Positions 59,221 through 64,000 of a stretch of DNA of 64,000 nt are shown piece by piece. Made by a program: the position numbers and the translations under genes. This DNA is from Candidatus Multivoradales bacterium (lineage in GTDB: Bacteria > Acidobacteriota > Thermoanaerobaculia > Multivoradales > Multivoraceae): the NCBI GenBank assembly GCA_965223325.1, contig CBDCWI010000002.1, positions 3,040,001 to 3,104,000 of the forward strand, written 5' to 3'. The stretch's first letter is position 1. Each line of letters opens with the position of its first letter. The notes under the pieces are model-generated. The model worked only from the letters and a program-made list of their open reading frames with translations, had not been told where the DNA came from and did no database searches.

Positions 59221-59835
59221 TCAGAAAAGATAAAGAGTCGGGAAGAGAACGATCCACACCAGGTCGACGAAGTGCCAATAGAGCCCTGCAACCTCGACGC
59301 GGTGGAGGTAACGCACCGGCTGGTCGCGGCGCATCGCCGCACCCGGCCCGAGCAGGAAGAGGTTGAGCAGCACGCCACCGACGAGGTGGAGCCCATGCAA
59401 CCCGGTCAGCACCCAGTACATGCCGAAGAAGTTGTTGGTGCTCGGGCGGTAGCCGTGATTCCACTCGAGGCGGTACTCATAGCCTTTGATCGCCAGGAAG
59501 GCGACTCCCAAGAACGTGGTCACCCACAAGAAGAGACGAAAACGCCGCACCGCATCCTGTGACGAACTCGACCCATCCTCGGCCAGTGACCTCCAGGCCA
59601 ACACGAACGTCACGCTCGACGCGATCAACAGGAAGCTGTTCAAGGCGGCAAGGCCAGGGTGCAGAAACTCTGACGCCACCGGCCAGGCGTCGCCGGCAGA
59701 AATGCGCAGGAGGAGATACGAGCTGAACAGCCCGCCAAAAAGCATGATCTCCGAAGCGATGAACAGCCACATGCCGAGCCGGGCGTTGTAGAGCCCGGTG
59801 TCGGCCCGCGTCTCGACGGTGTAGGGAATCTCCAC
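59221..59835 (-). CDS. coxC: Cytochrome c oxidase subunit III
   Basis: GMWLFIASEIMLFGGLF, LTGLHGLHL, GLYWHFVDLVW; start GTG 59835 or 59862. Confidence 0.93.
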   Translation of the reverse strand: MEIPYTVETRADTGLYNARLGMWLFIASEIMLFGGLFSSYLLLRISAGDAWPVASEFLHPGLAALNSFLLIASSVTFVLAWRSLAEDGSSSSQDAVRRFRLFLWVTTFLGVAFLAIKGYEYRLEWNHGYRPSTNNFFGMYWVLTGLHGLHLVGGVLLNLFLLGPGAAMRRDQPVRYLHRVEVAGLYWHFVDLVWIVLFPTLYLF

Positions 59836-59896
59836 TAGCGGACCCCGAGGGCTGGCGACCACTGCCAGGCGGAACGTTCTCGCGATCTAGACATCT

Positions 59897-61612
59897 CTAG
59901 GGTGCCTCCGTCGCTGGATCGAGATGCTGTGGCCGGAAACCGCGGTCACCTTCCGCGTAGATGTAGGGACCAACGAAGACCGACACCGGCTCTTCGAAGT
60001 TGCCATGGCCAAGCGGCGGCGAGGGCGCAGCCCATTCGAGACCGGTTGCCTGCCAGGGGTTGGCTGACACGGCTTCGCCGCGCCGCAGACTCGAGAAGAT
60101 GTTGACGAGGAACGGAATCTGCGCCAGGCCGAGAGCCCAGGCCGACCAGGTGATCATCGTATGCAGCGGCAAAACGTCTTGAAGGTAGGCGTAGCCAGCC
60201 CCGCCGTCGTAGAGACGACGAGACATACCCGCCAGCCCCTGGACGAACATCGGCAGGAAGACCGCGTTCATGAGCAGGAACGACAGCCAGAAGTGCAACC
60301 GGCCGAGGCTCTCATTCATGCGCCGCCCAGTGATCTTGGGAAACCAGAAGTAGATTCCCGCAAAGACGGCGAAGATCGTTCCTGGCGCCACTACGTAGTG
60401 GAAGTGGCCGATGACGTAGTAGGTGTCGTGGAGTTGGATGTCGGCTGCTGCCAAACCGAGTGGCAAACCGGTCAGGCCACCGATCCCGAACATTGGCAGG
60501 AAGGCCAGTGCGAAGAGCATCGGCGTCGTAAAGCGAATCGATCCACCCCAGAGCGTAAGGAGAAGCACGGTCAGAATGACCACCGAGGGCACCGAGATGA
60601 TCATTGTCGTGACCTGGAAAAAGGCGCTGATGGTGGTGCCCATCCCGGTCAGGAACATGTGGTGCGCCCAGACGATGAACGACATGCCACCCAGGAAGAG
60701 CGACGAGTAGACCATGGCGCGATAACCGAAGAGCGGCCGACGGGTATTGGCGGCAATGATCTCGGCAACGATCCCCATCGCCGGCAGGATCAACACGTAG
60801 ACCTCGGGATGGGCCAGAAACCAGAAGAGATGTTGCCAAAGGAGCGGACTGCCACCGCCGGCGACTTCCACCACCTGGCCGCTCACCAGAAGGCCCGACG
60901 GCATAAAGAAACTGGTGCCCGCGACCCGGTCCATCAACTGCAGGATGGCTGCTGCTTCGAGGGGCGGAAAGGCAATCAGCAACAGGAAGTTGGTGACCAG
61001 CTGCGCCCACACGAAGAACGGCATGCGCATCAACGTGAGTCCCGGGGCCCGCAGCTGCAGGATGGTGACGATGATGTTGATGGCGCCCAACATCGACGAA
61101 GTAATCAAGAGCGCCATCGCCACCAACCACACCGATTGACCGACGCCTTCGATGACCGAAAGCGGCGGATAGGACGTCCAGCCCGACTTGGCCGCGCCAC
61201 CCGGAACCCAGAAGCTCCCGAACATCACGATGCCGCCCCAGAAGTAGAACCAGTAGGAGAGCATGTTGAGACGCGGGAACGCCATGTCGGGCGCGCCCAC
61301 CATCAAGGGCACCAGATAGTTGCCGAAGGCTCCAACGACCAACGGCACCACCGCCAGAAACACCATGATCGTGCCGTGCATGGCGCCGAGGGTGTTGTAG
61401 AACTCCGGCTGCAGTACACCGTCGGGCGCGTTGGCGTCACCGAGCAGGCCGCCGATCAGTGGCACCGCCTCACCCGGATAGGCGAGCTGCCAACGCAGAA
61501 TGGCAATCAGGGTGAACCCGAGAAGCAGAAAGACCGACGCGGTCACGCCGTACTGCAACCCGATGACTTTGTGGTCGAGCGAGAAAACGTAGCGCCTGAG
61601 AAAGCTCTTCAC
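59897..61612 (-). CDS. coxA: Cytochrome c oxidase subunit I (A1 type)
   Basis: DHKVIG, MHGTIM, DMAFPRLN, WFLAHPEVY, VWAHHM, HFHY, GMSRR. Confidence 0.96.
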   Translation of the reverse strand: MKSFLRRYVFSLDHKVIGLQYGVTASVFLLLGFTLIAILRWQLAYPGEAVPLIGGLLGDANAPDGVLQPEFYNTLGAMHGTIMVFLAVVPLVVGAFGNYLVPLMVGAPDMAFPRLNMLSYWFYFWGGIVMFGSFWVPGGAAKSGWTSYPPLSVIEGVGQSVWLVAMALLITSSMLGAINIIVTILQLRAPGLTLMRMPFFVWAQLVTNFLLLIAFPPLEAAAILQLMDRVAGTSFFMPSGLLVSGQVVEVAGGGSPLLWQHLFWFLAHPEVYVLILPAMGIVAEIIAANTRRPLFGYRAMVYSSLFLGGMSFIVWAHHMFLTGMGTTISAFFQVTTMIISVPSVVILTVLLLTLWGGSIRFTTPMLFALAFLPMFGIGGLTGLPLGLAAADIQLHDTYYVIGHFHYVVAPGTIFAVFAGIYFWFPKITGRRMNESLGRLHFWLSFLLMNAVFLPMFVQGLAGMSRRLYDGGAGYAYLQDVLPLHTMITWSAWALGLAQIPFLVNIFSSLRRGEAVSANPWQATGLEWAAPSPPLGHGNFEEPVSVFVGPYIYAEGDRGFRPQHLDPATEAP

Positions 61613-61621
61613 GGTGTCGAT

Positions 61622-62557
61622 TCAGCCTAGACGATCGATGACCAGGGCAGTGAGAACGACGGGCAGGTAGAACAGCGAAGTCAACAGAAGGGCACGCGCC
61701 GTGCCGTCACGACGCCGACGCAGAAAGCGCCAAGAGCGCATGACCATCGCGCCTCCTGATGCCACCGCGATCACCAGATAGATCGGGCCGGCAATCCCGA
61801 GAAGGTAGGGCAGCACGCTGACCGCGAGGAGAAGGGTAGCGGTCACCACCGAGTGCCACCCGCAAGCGACACCGGTCGGTTCAACCACCGACAGCATCTG
61901 CAGACCGCCTCGTTTGTAGTCGTCGCGATACTTCCAGGCGATAGCAAAAAAGTGGGGCAGCTGCCAGAAGAAGAGAATGCCGAACAGAATCCAGGCGATC
62001 ACGCTCTCGGGGCCGATGAGGGCGCGGAGCTGTTCGAGCCAGGCCAGCGCTCCGCTACTCCCGTCGACCGGTTGCGGTCCCTCGAGGAACTGGAATGCTG
62101 CCCACCCCATCATCGGCGGGAGAGCTCCGGGGATCGCTCCGATGTGCGTCGACCAGTAGGTCACCCGCTTGAGCGGCGTGTAGACGAACAGGTAGAGCGT
62201 CATCGTGGCGAGCCCGAGCCCGAGCGTCAACGCGTTGGTGAACAGGCCGAGCAGCAGGGCACCGAAGACGGCGAGCCCGAAACCGAACAGACCAGCCGTG
62301 CCCGCATTGATGGTCGCCGCAGCCAGCGGGCGCGAGCTCGTGCGTTCCATGCTGGCGTCGATATCACGCTCCAGGAGCGCGTTGAACACCGCCGATGCAG
62401 CGGCGAGTAGAAAGGTCCCGACGGCGACAGCGAAAAGGCGCCCAACGTCACCGCGGCCACCCACCATCAGCGCACCCACCACGGTCGTCAACACGACCAT
62501 GATGTTGACGCGCCATTTGGTCATGACGAGCAGAGTGCGAGCGACGCTTGGCTGCAT
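61622..62557 (-). CDS. ctaB: Protoheme IX farnesyltransferase (heme o synthase)
   Basis: ERDIDASMERTSSRPL, YTPLKR, GAIPGALPP, WQLPHF, YRDDY; start uncertain. Confidence 0.93.
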   Translation of the reverse strand: MQPSVARTLLVMTKWRVNIMVVLTTVVGALMVGGRGDVGRLFAVAVGTFLLAAASAVFNALLERDIDASMERTSSRPLAAATINAGTAGLFGFGLAVFGALLLGLFTNALTLGLGLATMTLYLFVYTPLKRVTYWSTHIGAIPGALPPMMGWAAFQFLEGPQPVDGSSGALAWLEQLRALIGPESVIAWILFGILFFWQLPHFFAIAWKYRDDYKRGGLQMLSVVEPTGVACGWHSVVTATLLLAVSVLPYLLGIAGPIYLVIAVASGGAMVMRSWRFLRRRRDGTARALLLTSLFYLPVVLTALVIDRLG

Positions 62558-62622
62558 CACCAAGCTCTGTGCAGCATTCGAGGACACGAATCTGGGATCC
62601 TTACGTGTGCGGAGGACGCACC

Positions 62623-62654
62623 AGAGTACCCGCTTGTGAAATCTTTCACAAGCG
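62623..62654 (-). promoter_or_regulatory. Oxidase-operon promoter overlapped by a Rex-type operator (also matches CRP)
   Basis: CGCTTGTGAA-ATCT-TTCACAAGCG perfect inverted repeat (62631-62654); minus strand TTGTGA-17 nt-TACTCT. Confidence 0.78.
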
Positions 62655-62669
62655 CCGAAAGCCGTGGTT

Positions 62670-63227
62670 TCAAGGCGATCGGACACTTCGACGGGCAGCG
62701 AGCTCCGCCGCCAGTTCGGCCAGAACGGGAAAGCCCAGGTCGTCGAAGTCACTCTCCCAGAACTCCTCCAGGCCGCGCGCGCCATGCGCCTCGTAGCGCG
62801 CCGCCTTGAGCAGCAGTTGCAGCCGGTCGCAGGCTTTGACGAAGCGCGCCTCGAGGGTCTCCTGGGCCTGGTACTCGTTGGCCAGGGCGGCCGCACGGCC
62901 CGCCAGCGGTGCAAGCACATCGTCCAACGCTCGACGCTCCGCCTTCACCTTCTCCTCACGCGCGAGATAGGCCTGAGCCGTCCGTGGCAGATCGCCGGTG
63001 CGCATCTCTCCCAGGTCATGCAGAAGTGCCAACTGCGTTGCCCGACCCAAATCGAGCCCCGAAACTCGCGAGCCCGCCGCCCAGACCAAAAAGACCACAT
63101 GAAAGGTGTGCTCGGCGACGCTCTCGCAATCGGCAACGCCGCGCAGAAACCATCCCGTACGCGGCACCCGGTCGAGCCCTTCGAGCTCGAGGAGCGTATC
63201 CAGCAGTGTTTCGTTCTTCCTCACCAC
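62670..63227 (-). CDS. HD-domain hydrolase (YfbR/HDDC2-like)
   Basis: PRTGW, ESVAEH, ALLHDLGE..TGD, EARFVKACDRL. Confidence 0.88.
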   Translation of the reverse strand: MVRKNETLLDTLLELEGLDRVPRTGWFLRGVADCESVAEHTFHVVFLVWAAGSRVSGLDLGRATQLALLHDLGEMRTGDLPRTAQAYLAREEKVKAERRALDDVLAPLAGRAAALANEYQAQETLEARFVKACDRLQLLLKAARYEAHGARGLEEFWESDFDDLGFPVLAELAAELAARRSVRSP

Positions 63228-63361
63228 CGCATCCTAGCTGCGGCTGCCCGAAGTAGCAGGCTGACCTTTCAATTCGACTTGACGGGCCGCACCTGACCCA
63301 GGGTCGCCACGGTAGGCGCGGGTCTCACAGCGAGGTCCCGTTCCCCTCGAGGAGAACCGAC

Positions 63362-63640
63362 ATGAGCGCCGGTCTGCGACTCTGGATCGCCTTCGCCCTG
63401 CTGGTACCCACCTTCGCTTCGGCCCAGACGCCCTCCGAGGCCGACGAGCTGCGGCGCCGTCTGCTGATGCGCTTTCCCGGGGCAGGCGCCAACGGCGATG
63501 GCACTCTCAGCCAGGCTGAAGCGGTCGCCTTCAGACAAGAGCAGCGGGCGAGTCGCAAAGCGCCGGAAGTCATCGCTCCTCCGCCGACCCACGAAGACGT
63601 GCGCTACGGCCCCTTCGAACGCAACGGCAAGAGCTGCTGA
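63362..63640 (+). pseudogene. Probable truncated remnant of a secreted esterase-like protein
   Basis: GAGGAG RBS, signal peptide, EF-hand-like GANGDGTLSQAEA, then PTHEDVRYGPFERN and a stop where a hydrolase domain would begin. Confidence 0.5.
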
Positions 63641-63734
63641 CATCGCTTCGCCCGCACGCCCCATACGTCCTCCCGGCCCTTTGGGGGAAGCAACCTGGCT
63701 TCCTGTCATCATGGGCTCTTTCCTGGAGACGCCC

Positions 63735-64000
63735 ATGACCGATCAACCCCTTCTGCCCGAGATGCCTTCGCCGAAGGGCAGGGGCCCACGGCGCCCTGAC
63801 CGAAGGACCAGAGCCGGCAAGAGCGTTCAGAAGGGACGATTGCGCGTTCACGACCCTTTCGAGCTCGTGCGGTGGCTCGCACTCAGCCAGCCGGATCCGC
63901 GCAAGGCGCTCGCCGAGCTTGTGCAGAACGCCCTCGATGCGCAGGCGACGTACGTGGAAGTGGTGCGCTACCGCAAGAAGGGAATCGCCTGTCTGGAGAT
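63735..64000 (+). CDS. GHKL-family ATPase (HSP90/MutL-like), runs off the right edge
   Basis: Manual translation from ATG 63735 (GGAG RBS): ...DPFELVRWLALSQPDPRKALAELVQNALDAQATYVEV, containing the ExxxNxxDA N-box. Confidence 0.8.
   Translation, partial: MTDQPLLPEMPSPKGRGPRRPDRRTRAGKSVQKGRLRVHDPFELVRWLALSQPDPRKALAELVQNALDAQATYVEVVRYRKKGIACLE

Noticed and set aside
60161-61630. 489-aa + strand ORF
   Set aside because: Antisense shadow of coxA

Overview
GC-rich bacterial chromosomal segment with about 60 CDSs. An ADOP-type permease with PadR, a GWxTD-like/VWA protein and an IFxDGFES C-terminal tail suggest Acidobacteriota, possibly Thermoanaerobaculia-like (inference). Recognisable loci: argC-J-B-D-H-R operon with tandem ARG boxes; a heme-copper oxidase operon in unusual order (ctaB-I-III-IV-two small ORFs-II-DUF420) under a perfect Rex/CRP-type operator; a TetR-OMF-MFP-RND efflux operon; xseAB; tdk; iscA-like; moaD-moaE fusion; vapBC. 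Least explained parts: a three-gene operon of two orphan proteins plus a ~1100-aa all-ankyrin protein (19259-23628), a ~164-bp non-coding tandem repeat upstream of xseA, several Cys-rich small or secreted proteins, and a recurring '-10 box, 6 nt, start codon' leaderless arrangement. One probable frameshifted gene and one truncated gene remnant. No tRNA, rRNA, CRISPR array or transposase was recognised. All calls come from reading the sequence; no database searches were run.
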